Below are positions 24,876 to 36,990 of a stretch of DNA of 64,000 bases, piece after piece. This stretch comes from Anthoceros angustus (lineage: Eukaryota > Plantae > Anthocerotophyta). The notes beneath the pieces were generated by a model. The model was not told where the DNA came from. It worked only from the letters and a program-made list of their open reading frames with translations, and did not search any database. Every line of letters starts with the position of its first letter. Within the stretch, counting starts at the first letter, position 1. The translations under genes and the position numbers were made by a program. The DNA lies in assembly GCA_010909165.1 (NCBI GenBank), contig VJWM01000314.1, positions 19,046-83,045 on the forward strand, in the 5' to 3' direction.

Positions 24876-25052
24876 GTCCTCCAACCCACGGTGTTAAGAA
24901 GCAAATCACACCCGTTTAGTGTCTCAACCATTCACCCTATGACACTTAGGCGGCGTGAAATTCCTCTTCTCACCCTATGGTGACTCGGTCCCTTCTCAAG
25001 CATACTCTGACCTAGCGATGGAAACCACAAAACTTCAACCTTTCAACAACAA

Positions 25053-25066
25053 TCCCGACAGCGCCA
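25053..25066 (-). promoter_or_regulatory. Primer-binding site (3-nt-deleted copy)
   Basis: Minus strand reads CCTACCACA-TTTT-TGGCGCTGTCGGGA. Confidence 0.75.
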
Positions 25067-25070
25067 AAAA

Positions 25071-25845
25071 TGTGGTAGGAGAATCAGGGGCACTCCCGGT
25101 CCTCCCACTATAAGCGGCCACACTTATCCCATCGCCCGTCGTTGGGTTTCGTCCCATGAGACTTGTGTGAAAGTTCGAGGTCTTGTGATGCCGTCGCTAC
25201 TGCTGACACACTTCTCGACCTTCTAAACAAGCAAGGCGCCCCTCTACTCTCCCTCTCACGGTGCACCACTTGCCTTTGCTTGAAAATCGCCAACCTCGAC
25301 CCCTAGCGACACAAAACAATTGCGGGTCACGCCTCGGACAAGGAGCCTACCAGGCGCCGGGGACCCCCAGTTCACACCGATTTCGTCCCTACTTCTAAGA
25401 CCAAACTTGACCTACAACGACACAACACAATTGCGGTCACCTCGTGACAAGGAGCCTACCACGGGCGCCGGGGACCCCCAGTTCACACCGATTCGTCCCT
25501 ACTTCTAAGACCAAACTTCTCCACTCGGGGGCTCTTTTACTTGCAGTTGGGATTCGTCCCTTAGGCTCTGCACGTGGCCTTCCACTAACACCTACACCTC
25601 TAATCCTCTACTCATCTTCTCATCTCCTCATCCTCTTCCTCCTAGTCTAACCTCGATTCGGGCTTCTTGGTTTCGACTCGCCCTTACGGCTGGCACAGGT
25701 CGCCTCCACCAGCAAGTTCTTCCTTGGGCGGTTGCTATGAGTTTGACACAGGCGAGAACCTCGAGTCTTTCCTGTAGTCTACCCTCAAGCCGAGAGTTCT
25801 CAGGCATTTGCCACACCCAAAGCAAAGCAATTTCACGCAACCATC
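25071..25845 (-). repeat. Truncated LTR copy
   Basis: Matches 731 to ~1520, then jumps at GCAACCAT back into the 5' leader (24862). Confidence 0.85.
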
Positions 25846-26028
25846 CTCATGTCCTCCAACCCACGGTGTTAAGAGGAAGCAAATCACACCCTTTAGTGTC
25901 TCAACCATTCACCCTATGACAACTTAGGCGTGAAATTCCTCTTCTCACCCTATGGTGACTCGGTCCCTTCTCAAAACATTACGCGCCTAGCGATGGAAAC
26001 CACAAAACTTCAACCTTTCAACAACAAG

Positions 26029-26045
26029 TCCCGACAGCGGCGCCA
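26029..26045 (-). promoter_or_regulatory. Primer-binding site, tRNA-Asp-like
   Basis: TGGCGCCGCTGTCGGGA lies 4 nt after the LTR CA and resembles the Athila-type Asp PBS TGGCGCCGTTGCCGGGGA. Confidence 0.8.
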
Positions 26046-26049
26046 AAAA

Positions 26050-27396
26050 TGTGGTAGGAGAATCGGGCACTCCCGGTCCTCCCACTATAAGCGGCCACAC
26101 TTATCACTTGTCGCCCGTCGTTGGGTTTCGTCCCATGAGACTTGTGTGAAAGTTCGAGGCCTTGTGATGCCGTCGCTACTGCTGACACACTCTCGACCTT
26201 CTAAACAAGCAAGGCGCCTCTACTCTCCCTCTCACGGTGCACCACTTGCCTTTGCTTGAAAATCGCCAACCTCGACCCCTAGCGACACAACACAATTGCG
26301 GGTCACCTCGGCGAGCCTACCACAGGCGCCGGGGACCCCCAGTTCACACGATTTCGTCCCTACTTCTAAGACCAAACTTGACCTAGCGACACAACACAAT
26401 TGCGGGTCGCCTCGGTGACAAGGAGCCTACCACGGGCGCCGGGGACCCCCAGTTCACACCGATTTCGTCCCTACTTCTAAGACCACTCTTCTCCACTCGG
26501 GGCGCTCTTTTACTTGCAGTTGGGATTCGTCCCTTAGGCTCTGCTGTGGCCTTCCACTAACACCTACACCTCTAATCCTCTACTCATCTTCTCATCTCCT
26601 CATCCTCTTCCTCCTAGTCTAACCTCGATTCGGGCTTCTTGGTTTGACTCGCCCTTACGGCTGGCACAGGTCGCCTCCACCAGCAAGTTCTTCCTTGGGC
26701 GGTTGCTATGAGTTTGACACGAGAACCTCCAGTCTTTCCTGTAGTCTACCCTCAAGCCGAGTTCTCGGGCATTTGCCACACACCCAAAGCAAAGCAATTT
26801 CACGGCAACCATTCACAAGGGAGCAACTCGTTTAGGCACTTGCGTGAGCAAGTCCTCCACCAACACTCAGACCACGCGACTTCCTCTCTACAGACTGTGT
26901 TGGCTCACGGTGCACGAAATTCCTCTGTGGCCTTCCACTAACACCTACACCTCTAATCCTCTACTCATCTTCTCATCTCCTCATCCTCTTCCTCCTATTC
27001 TAACCTCGATTCGGGCTTCTTGGTTTCGACTCGCCCTTACGGCTGGCGCACAGGTCGCCTCCACCAGCAAGTTCTTCCTTGGGCGGTTGCTATGAGTTTG
27101 ACACGAGAACCTCCGAGTCTTTCCTGTAGTCTACCCTCAAGCCGAGTTCTCGGGCATTTGCCACACACCCAAAGCAAAGCAATTTCACAGCAACCATTCA
27201 CAAGGGAGCAACTCGTTTAGGCACTTGCGTGAGCAAGTCCTCCACCAACACTCCGACCACGCGACTTCCTCTCTACAGACTGTTGGCTCACGGTGCACGA
27301 AATTCCTCTGTAATGGCAAAGGACTCGATGGCGTGGGCGCAAGACATGATACTTTACTTTGTGAAATCCTCCTCCTCTTATAGGAGGCCTTCCACA
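26050..27396 (-). repeat. LTR shared by unit 1 (as 5' LTR) and unit 2 (as 3' LTR), with a ~385-bp internal duplication
   Basis: Both termini are intact. The PBS is on the left and the PPT (27397-27410) on the right. 26925-27310 repeats 26545-26925. Confidence 0.88.
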
Positions 27397-27559
27397 TACA
27401 ACCTCCCTTGGTGACCCTCTGCGGTCACCTTTTCCAATTCTATTATTTCCTACACTTGACATTTAATGTCTGGCACCTAAGTCTATTGTCTGATCCTTGG
27501 TAAATTCTATTCTAGTAACTTCACCTAAGACCATCCTTAAAGGATGTCAGTCTACACCA

Positions 27560-30500
27560 CCTATCCTTCCCGTTCCCCAAAGCTCATTTATGGTCATTGA
27601 CCATTCTTAGTCCTTATCTCGCTGGGGTGGTGACATGTCCCTTGGGGATTGGCTCCCTCGCCCTCCTTTTGCTCCTGTCCCTTCCCCAGATCTTGTCGCC
27701 TTCCTAATGTGTGGGGCAAGTACAATCCTGCCCCTTCCTCCATCTCAGCGGCGCCTAAAATCTGTTATCTTCCATCGTCGCGCCCCTCCGCGCACCTAGG
27801 CGCCTTTTCTCCAGCTTCCGCCGCCTGGTCGCGCCCCGTTCATCAGCACCCTACCGCGGTAGTCGGCGGACTACGGGTGGTGACTACCATGGTAGTCGGT
27901 ACCTATCTCCTTCTTCTCCTTCCTCTCCATCGGTGATGTCTCACGGGGTGAGTTCCTCTTTGCTCCTTCCTTCTTTGTTTGGTTTGTCCATACCTATCAG
28001 AGCATGTCTTCAAAGAATCTTCCCCATTCACCAATGTTGCTACTAACTCCTTGGGCCTTCTTGCGTTGGTCTCCTCTCGGGCCCGGCTCCTCCCTTATCA
28101 GGTGGCGGGGAACTTCTCACCCCTCCCCTTCCTCGTGGTCGGACCCGTCCTTAGTCTCCTCCGGTGGGGTTGTCTCTCCCACCACCCCAACTGCTCCTCT
28201 AGGGGGTATACTACCGGACCCCGGCTCCTTCATCCTCGGCCGGGCCTCCGGCGACTCCCCAGCTCCGCGCCCACGGGCTGCCCTACCGGTAGTCGCGGAC
28301 TACGTGGTGTGTCTACCCCGGTAGTCTGGCAGACTACCGTGGTGGTCACCGTGGTAGGTTGACCCCGGAGGTGGGCTTTCCCCTCCTTGCTCTCTGCGCC
28401 ACCTTCTACCTTTGGCGCTCGGCGCTCCTTCGTCTCGACTCCTCAGTTCCTCGAGTCCATTTCGTGATGGCCTCATCAAAATCGGAGGCCTCTGGCTGCA
28501 CTGTTGCGGCTCCTTCATCATCATCATGAGGACCCAATGTCCTCCTCTTGGCCAAGCAAGATCTCATTGTTGGCCTTCAAAATTCTATTGTGGAGGTGGG
28601 CCCCAAGCTATGATATTGCATTTGGAGATCATCAATCTCGTGGGCCACTCTCCATCTTCACCTACCTTTGTAGGCGTCCCTTGAGGTGGTCAATTCCCCA
28701 CCTTGACATGGAGGTCACATTCTCCTCCTTGCTTCCTTGGTGGCCAATTTTGCACGAAGGGCATAATCACCAAAACCGCTTCCTTACTACCGGCATTCTA
28801 TGTACCACTTCTTGTGGTACTCCTCCTCTGGACCTTTTTCCTTCCAAGTCCTCTATTCTTGAGCAAGCCCTTCCTCTCGCTTGCCAAGCATCTTTCTCGC
28901 TCCGGCTCCTCCTCTTGCTCTTCTTCTTGGTTTTGAATTTCAGCTCGGGCGCTTCTCTTCCAAACTAATGCTCTTCTCAACTCTTCCTTCATGTCCGGAT
29001 CTGATGGCTTGCGTAGCCATCACACTGTTCTTGCGTCCATTCTTTGGACCGCTACCTTCTCCAGAGCCTCTGTTTTGCCCTTTCGCTCTTGCTCTAATTG
29101 GGCAAAATGCTCCTCATATACATCTCCATGAGTCTCGTTGGGTGGTTGCTCGGATGGCTCTTTCTTGGTTTTGACAACCTCCCTCAAGACCTTCTCCGCG
29201 CTGATCCATGAGGTCGTTGGAGCTTCTCCTGACCTTTTCGGCTTGGCTGCCTTTTCGTCGGACTCCATGGCCTCCAATTGCCATTTGGTCCTGCCTTCCT
29301 CCGGCCATGTCTTGAGATTTCACTTCTTCTTGACAACCTCCCTCAAGACCTTCTCCGCGCACCTAGGCGCCTTTTCTCCATGAGGTCGTGGAGCTTCTCC
29401 TGACCTTTTCGGCTTGGCTGCCTTTTCGTCGGACTCCATGGCCTCCAATTGCCATTTGGTCCTGCCTTCCTCCGGCCATGTCTTGAGATTTCACTTCCTC
29501 TTGGCATGCCCACAAGGAAGCTGCTGTCTCTCTAGCCTTCAAATCCACACGGCTGAGTGCTTCACAAGCACCCAGCAATTCTCCTAGGGGTCCTAATTCC
29601 ACCCCTCCTTTCTTCTTCTGGAAATCTCCAGCTCTCCTGCACCTCTCGGGCCATCGGCGGCGCGGGCCCCTTCACCGTCGCTCCATCCGCTCTCCCACCC
29701 AGCGCGGGAGATGGTGGCTTCGGCGCCGCTCGCGGCACCTCGTGCTGCTTCTCCTTCCCTTCCACCTTCTCCTCTTGGCATGCCCACAAGGAGGCTGTTT
29801 TGCTGGCGTGGGGTGCCTCTCTCGTAGGCACAAAGGAGATGGTGGCCTTCAAATCCACGGTGAGTGCCTACCTACCATGGTGGTGGCGCCTACCACGGTG
29901 AGTGCCCACCCCTTGGGTGGCGCCTCCCTCAAGACCTTCTCCTAGGGGTCCTAATTCCACCCCTTGGGTGCCTCTCTCGTAGGCACAAAGGAGATGGTGG
30001 GGACTCCCCACTCTCGGCATCACCCCTCATGGTCCTTCTCTCATAGACCACCATCCGGCCTTCTTGGCGCTTCTTGCTCTTCTTCCCTTGCTTGCTCACT
30101 GTGGGAAAGGATTCCCACTCGGCAACTTTGTTGCCTCAGACCTTCTCCTCTTGCCTCTAGCATTTTGTGGAGTCGACCTCCCACCGTCTTCCAATGCAAA
30201 GGCAAAGGCCTTTCCAACCTCGGTGGAGATGGATGACCTCAAAGGGATGCCATGCATCTTCAAGCTCCTTGCTTGTGAGAGTCCCTCGGTTTCCCATAAA
30301 TGCACCAAATAGGTGCTAAGATAGCAGGCCTTGGTCCTTCCTCATCCACAATTTGGCTTGAGGAGCTTCTCTCGATGGTGTATGTACGCTTCATACATGA
30401 TAGTCCCCAATCCGGCTTGGCTCCCATGGAAATCTTCCACAAAAATTGGAGGAAGTTGGTCTTTGAAATAAGAGGTCGTTGGAGCTTCTCCTGACCTTTC

Positions 30501-32760
30501 CAATTTGGCTGCCTTTTCATCGGACTCCATGGCCTCCAATTGCCATTTGGTCCTGCCTTCCTCCGGCCATGTCTTGAGATTTCACTTCCTCTTGGCATGC
30601 CCACAAGGAGGCTGCTAGGTCCTAGCCCCTTCAAATCCACACGGTGAGTGCTTCACAAGCACCAGCAATTCTCCTAGGGGTCCTAATTCCACCCCTTCTT
30701 TCTTCTTGAAATCTCCAGCTCTCACACCTCTCGGGCCATCGGCCTTCTTGGCGTGGGCCTTCACCGTCGCTCCATCCGCTCTCCCACAGCGCGGAGATGG
30801 TGGCCTCGGCGCTTCTCCTCTTGCTTCTCCTTCCCTTCCACCGTGGCTGTTTTGCTGGCGGCGTGGGGTGCCTCTCGTAGGCACAAAGGAGATGGTGGTG
30901 CGCCTACCATGGTGGTGCGCCTACCTACCATGGTGGTGCGCCTACCACGGTGAGCTGCCCACCCCTTGGGTGGCGCCTCCCTCAAGACCTTCTCCTAGGG
31001 GTCCTAATTCCACCCCTTGGGTGCCTCTCTCGTAGGCACAAAGGAGATGGTGGGGACTCCCCACTCTCGGCATCACCCCTCCTGGTCCTTCTCTCATAGA
31101 CCACCATCGGCCTTCTTGCTCTTCTTGCTCTTCTTCCCTTGCTTGCTCACTGTGGGAAAGGATTCCCACTCGGCAACTTTGTTGCCTCGAACCTTCTCCT
31201 CTTGCCTCTAGCATTTTGTGGAGGTCGACCTCCCACCGTCTTCCAATGCAAAGGCAAAGGCCTTTCCAACCTCGGTGGAGATGGATGACCTCAAAGGGAT
31301 GCCATGCATCTTCAAGCTCCTTGCTTGTGAGAAGTCCCTCGGTTTCCCATAAATGCACCAAATAGGTGCTAAGATAGCGAGGCCTTGGTCCTTCCTCATC
31401 CACGAATTTGGCTTGAGGAGCTTCTCTCGATGGTGTATGTACGCTTCATACATGATAGTCCCCAATCGGCTTGGCTCCCATGGAAATCTTCCACAAAAAT
31501 TGGAGGAAGTTGGTCTTTGAAATAAAGTGCGTTGGTAATTTACCAACCCAGCACAATCTTTGCGAAGAGCCTCCACTTGACTCCTTGATGCTCTCGGTCT
31601 TCCGGCCATTCTTGGCGTGGGCCTTCACTCCTCCATCCATCATGTCAAGGAACTCTGCGGGATGTCGGCTGTCCTCTTCCCCCATTCGACCTTTCGAGGA
31701 GAGCAATTCGAGCTCTCTTCCTCCGGTCTTCCATACACTGTCGAATACTTCTCACGGTCCAGCGGGATCCGTTCTAGCATTCCTTCCGGTGGCGGCGGCA
31801 ATGGCGGCTTCCGATTGATGGAGGTTGATGTAACACTCCTCAATCAATTCCAAATTGGTGTAGGCCCATTGGCGGCCATACACCCATCCTAGTTGGATGT
31901 TCTCCTCCTCCTCGCCTTGAAAATCAACCAAATCTCGGGGTTGAGCTGCCCGGCAAAGCAAGTGAATTGAGGCATCTCGACCTCACCCCTCCTGTGGTCC
32001 TTCCTCTTCTCCTTCCTCCTCGCGAGGAAGAGCCCTTGCAGTGGCTCCTTCCCTTGCCTTTCCACTCGAGGCATGGTGGCGGCTTCTCCTTCCCTTGCTT
32101 GCTCACAGGGGAAAGGATTCCCACTCGGCAACTTTGTTGCCTCGAACCTTCTCCTCTTCAATCGTTCTAGCATGCTTGTGGAGGTCGACCTCCCACCGTC
32201 TTCCAATGCAAAGGCAAGGCCTTTCCACTCGAGGCATGGTGGCGGCTCCTTCCCTTGATTTCTTCCTCTTCCCTTGCCTTTTCCACCTCGAGGCATGGTG
32301 GTGGCGGCTCCTTCCTCCTTCTCTCAATTTCTTCAACTTTGTTGCCTCGAACCTTCTCCTTCCCTTGCCTTTCCAACCTCGCGCCTCCACTTGACTCCTT
32401 GATGCTCTCGGTCTTCCGGCCATTCTTGGCGTGGGCCTTCCTCATCCACAATTTGGCTTGAGGAGCTTCTCGATGGTGGTGGCGGCTCCTTCCCTTGATT
32501 TCTTCTCGCCTAGGGGTTTCTCCTTCCTCCTCGCGAGGAGGCCCTTGCGGCTCCTTCCTTGCCTTTTCCACCTCGAGGCATGGTGGTGGCGGCTCCTTCC
32601 TCCTTCTCCTCTTGCTTCTTTGCGCTCCGGCTTGGTCTCGATCTCTTGGGAGTGAGTTTACCTCGATTCGAAGGAAGTTGGCGCGCCCCAAGCGCACTTT
32701 GCCTCTTTTGGATGGCGCCACTGGCGGCCACAACCCTAGATTGGATTCATCATTCCAAAA
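27560..32760 (-). pseudogene. Extra 3' ORF region of unit 2 (least duplicated copy)
   Basis: Same module order as unit 1, running from MAASGAIQKRQSALGARQLPS (32731) through the LELIEECYINL, YLSTYLVHLW, coiled-coil and acidic blocks toward the PPT. Confidence 0.65.
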
Positions 32761-34950
32761 TCCTAATTCTACCTATTTTCCTACTACGCCTAATTAATCT
32801 CTTCTAATTAATCTCTTGCTAATTACTCTATATATTTATTCCCTATTGATGAGCATATATAGTGGATATCCCCCTTTATTCTAATTTCCTTTTTGGCGAG
32901 ATTTGTCGACCTACGGTGATGCGCCTACCATGGTGGTGGCGGCTTTCTCGACCTACCGGCGTGGTGTGGCGACCTACGGCGTGGTGTGGCGACCTACCAA
33001 CCTTTGGTGCCCTCACGCGCAAATGCGGGGTCGTTTGACCCGTTCTTCCTCTGGGATATCCTTTTGCCTTCCTAACAATATCCTACAACTCTAGTTCAAG
33101 ATTCTCGAGAAAATTTCTTGGCATGCTCCTCTTCAATCGTTCTAGCCAAAAAAATCAAACTTGTTAGTCTTGGCTCTTTTGGGCTGGTTGCCCAAACTTT
33201 TATATTCATTCCTTCCTCCTCTTGCTCTTCTCCTCTTGCTCTTCTCCTCTTGCTTCTAGCATTCCTTCCGGTGGCGGCTTCTCCTTGCTTCTAGCATTTT
33301 GTGGAGGTCGACCTCCCACCGTCTTCCAATGCAAAGGCAAAGGCCTTTCCAACCTCGGTGGAGATGGATGACCTCAAAGGGATGCCATGCATCTTCAAGC
33401 TCCTTGCTTCTAGCATTCCTTCCGGTGGCGGCTTCTCCTTGCTTCTCCTTGCTTCTAGCATTCCTTCCGGTGGCGGCTCCTTCCTCCTTCTCCTCTTGCT
33501 CTAATTGGGGCAAAATGCTCTTATATATTTATCCCTATTGATGAGCATATATAGTGGATATCCCCCTTTATTCTAAGTTTCCTTTTGGCGAGATTTGTCG
33601 ACCTACGGCGGTGGTGGCGGCTTCCGATTGATGGAGGTTGATGTAACACTCCTTCTTCTCGACTACGGCGTGGTGTGGCGACCTACGGCGTGGTGTGGCG
33701 ACCTACCAACCTTCTCCTCTTGCCTCTAGCATTCCTTCCGGTGGCGGCTCCTTCCCTTGATTTCTTCCCTTGATTTCTTCCTCTGGGATATCCTTTTGCC
33801 TTCCTAACAATATCCTACAACTCTAGTTCAAGATTCTTGAGAAAATTTCTTGGCATGCTCCTCTTCAATCGTTCTAGCCAAAAAAATCAAACTTGTTAGT
33901 CTTGGCTCTTTTGGGCTGGTTGCCCAAACTTTTACGTTCACACTCCTTCTCCTTGGGCTTCTTTGCGCTCCGGCTTGGTCTCGATCTCTTGGGAGTGAGT
34001 TCGCCTTAGCTCGAAGGAAGTTGGCGCGCCTTCCTCTTCAATCGTTCTAGCCAAAAAATCAAACTTGTTGTCTTGGCATGCTCCTCTTCAATCGTTCTTA
34101 GCCAAAAAATCAAACTTGTTGTCTTGAGCCTCACAGGCTGCGATTTCTTCCCTTGATTTCTTCCTTGATTTCTTCTCCTTCTCCTTGGGCTTCTTTGCGC
34201 TCCTCCTCCTCTTGCTCTAATTGGGGCAAAATGCTCTTATATATTTATCCCTATTGATGAGCATATATAGTGGATATCCCCCTTTATTCTAAGTTTCCTT
34301 TTGGCGAGATTTGTCGACCTACCGGCGTAGTGTGGCAGCCTACGGTGGTAGTCTGCCGACCTACCGGCGTGGTGTGGCGACCTACGGCGGTGATGCGACC
34401 TACCAACCTTTGGTGCCCTCACGCGCAAATGCGGGGTCGTTTGACCCGTTTTCCTCTGGGATATCCTTTTGCCTTCCTAACAATATTCCACAGCTCTAGT
34501 TCCAAGATCTTCAGAAGTTTTCCTCGCATGTTCCTCTTCAATCGGTCTTAGCCAAAAAAAATCAAACTTGTTCGTCTTGGCTCTTTTGGGTGGTTGCCTC
34601 GCGCCTTCCTCTCGTTGTGTGCTCAAGCTTCACTTCCAAACACTCCTTTTCTCTTGAGCCTCACAGGCTGCGATTTCTTCCCTTGCCTTTTCCACCTCGA
34701 GGCATGGCACCTTCCTTACTCCCTCGCTCTAGCAAGATTCTCGAGAAAATTTCTTGGCATGCTCCTCTTCAATCGTTCTAGCCAAAAAATCAAACTTGTT
34801 GTCTTGGCATGCTCCTCTTCTCTTGGCATGCCCACAAGGAGGCTGCTGCGATTTCTTCCCTTGATTTCTTCCTCTCGTTGTGTGCTCAAGCTTCACTTCC
34901 AAACACTCCTTCTCCTAGGGTCCTAATTCCACTCCTTCTTCTTTTAAATT
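32760..34950 (-). repeat. Scrambled repeats of the spacer between pol and the extra ORF
   Basis: TATATATTTATTCCCTATTG.TGAGCATATATAGTGGATATCCCC occurs three times and TAGCCAAAAAAATCAAACTTGTT at least six times. Homologous to 14113-14560. Confidence 0.75.
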
Positions 34951-34958
34951 TCCAGCTC

Positions 34959-35200
34959 TCCTCCTCCTCCTCCTCCTCCTCCTCCTCCTCCTCCTCCTCC
35001 TCCTCCTCCTCCTCCTCCTCCTCTTCTCCTTCTCCTTCTCCTTCTCCTTCTCCTTCTCCTTCTCCTTCGGCGATGGCGATGGCGATGGCGATGGCGATGG
35101 CGATGGCGATGGCGATGGCGATGGCGATGGCGATGGCGATGGCGATGGCGATGGCGATGGCGATGGCGATGGCGATGGCGATGGCGATGGCGATGGCGAT
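34959..35200. repeat. Compound microsatellite (TCC)~21-(TTCTCC)~7-(GGCGAT)~22
   Basis: Read directly from the sequence. Confidence 0.95.
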
Positions 35201-36259
35201 GCCTCCTCTTCTCCTAGGCACAAGGAGATGGGACTCCCCACCCTTGGAGGTGGTTCTCTCTCCTCATAGACTACCATTGGCCTTCCTCGGCGGTTCTTCT
35301 CCTCTTCTCCCCTTGCTTTCTTTGCTCTCGCTCAAGGGCGTCTCGGATGGTGCTGAAATAACACCATAATACTATACTGGTATATCAATTTAAACACCTT
35401 GAAATTTTGGCTTTTTCTTTTTATGCTTTAGCTCCGCTTAGCACCGTCGGGCACAAAATCATCAATTATGGTGGCTCGATCGACTAAGATTACGGACCAA
35501 TTGCAAGCTAGACTTGCGGGCCTAGTCATGCATATGACTAGGCGCAATCTGCGACACCAATTGGCCGAGCGGCGTGATATGATCGTGGGGACAAGCGGGA
35601 GGTAGTTTTGTTGTGAGCCTTAGCTTGGTGCATGCCAATCGAGCTCAAAGCCAAAGAAGACAAAGGATCATTTGAATTGTCTAGAGGCATCGAAATAGGT
35701 ACTGACATAGTAGGGTTGCTTTGTTTTTTCCAATTTTAAATAAAAAAATTATACCATATGCAAAATTATGATGGGAACAAAAACTGCCCAAAATAGTCTT
35801 AAAGAATCTCATGAGAACAAAAGAGATCGTCTTCTATCATTATCTAAGAAGTCTCAATTTGAGCTCTTTGAACTTAAGCTGCGGGGTTAAGCGAGGTTTT
35901 CTGCGCTTTACATGTCATGCTATACCATGTCTACGCTTGAATCCTAAGGCCCACCCATTTGAAAATATGAGAGCCCGTCTGTTCCGCACTTCTTGGTAAT
36001 TGCTCATAGAAAAATTTCGCTTTGTTTACATATTTCAGCATCTTTGCTCCTCTTCTCCTTCTCCTTGCTCACAAACCAATCATACAAGCTTCTCAACTTC
36101 GGAGATGCACAAGGTCATAGCGTCTACGTTCTAAGTCGTGTTGTTTGACACTGGATACGTTCTTTCTTGATGACTCGCTTGATGGTTGCCACTGAGACCT
36201 TCACTCGAAAATGGCTAGTGGCCCATTCATAGCGCCTTGTGAGTGATTAGCTTGTTAGC

Positions 36260-36990
36260 CTCTCTGTGGGGAAAAGGCCTCCCTCGGCAACCTTGTTGCC
36301 TCCATCTCCTCTTGCTTCTAGCATGCTTGTGGAGTCGACCTCCCGTCTTCCTCAATGCAAAGGCAAGGCCTTTCCAAACTTGGTGGAGATGAATTATCTC
36401 AAAGGATGCCAAGCATCTTCAACTCCTTGCTTGTGAGAAGTCCCTCGTTTCCCACAAATGCACCAAATAGGTGCTAATAGAGCTTGGCCCTTCCTCATCC
36501 ACGAATTTGGCTTGAGGAGCTTCTCGGTGGTGGATGTATACATACATAATGGTGCCCCAATCGCTTGGCTCCCATGAAATCTTCCACAAAATTGGAGGAA
36601 GTTGGTCTTTGAAATAAAGTCGTTGGTAATTTTACCAAACACAATCTTTGCAAGAGCCTCCACTTGACTCCTTGATGCTCTCTTTTCCGCCATTCTTGGC
36701 GTGGGCCTTCACTCCTCCATCCATCATGTCGAGGAACTCTGCGGAATTCGGAGATCCTCTTCCTCCATTGACCTCCGAGCAATTCGAGCTCTCCTCCTCC
36801 TCTTCTCCTTCTCCTTCTCCTTCCTCGGCGGCGAGGATCCGTTCGAGCATTCCTTCCAAGCGGCAGGCTGCCGATTGATGGAGGTTGATGAAACACTCCT
36901 CAATCAATTCCAAATTGGTGTAGGCCCATTGGCGGCCATACACCCATCCAATTGGATGTTCTCCTCTTCTCCTTGCGAAAATCAACCAAA
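36260..36990 (-). pseudogene. Diverged fragment of the extra ORF globular domain
   Basis: GWVYGRQWAYTNLELIEECFINLHQ, EFLDMMDGGVKAHAKNG and ISKTNFLQF. Confidence 0.7.

Larger units (their letters stand above)
731..27396 (-). mobile_element. Ty3/gypsy LTR retrotransposon unit 1 (non-chromovirus, Athila-like), internally duplicated and frameshifted
   Basis: Minus-strand order is LTR-PBS-gag-PR-RT-RH-INT-extra ORF-PPT-LTR. RT-RH-INT order is diagnostic of gypsy. It has an Asp-type PBS, and INT ends in GPY...VNGWKVKKY with no chromodomain. Confidence 0.9.

Noticed and set aside
1000-34900. Numerous plus-strand S/P/L-rich ORFs as an antisense gene
   Set aside because: They are shadows of a CT-rich, stop-poor strand. 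All recognisable motifs lie on the minus strand, and the plus-strand frames are not conserved between copies.
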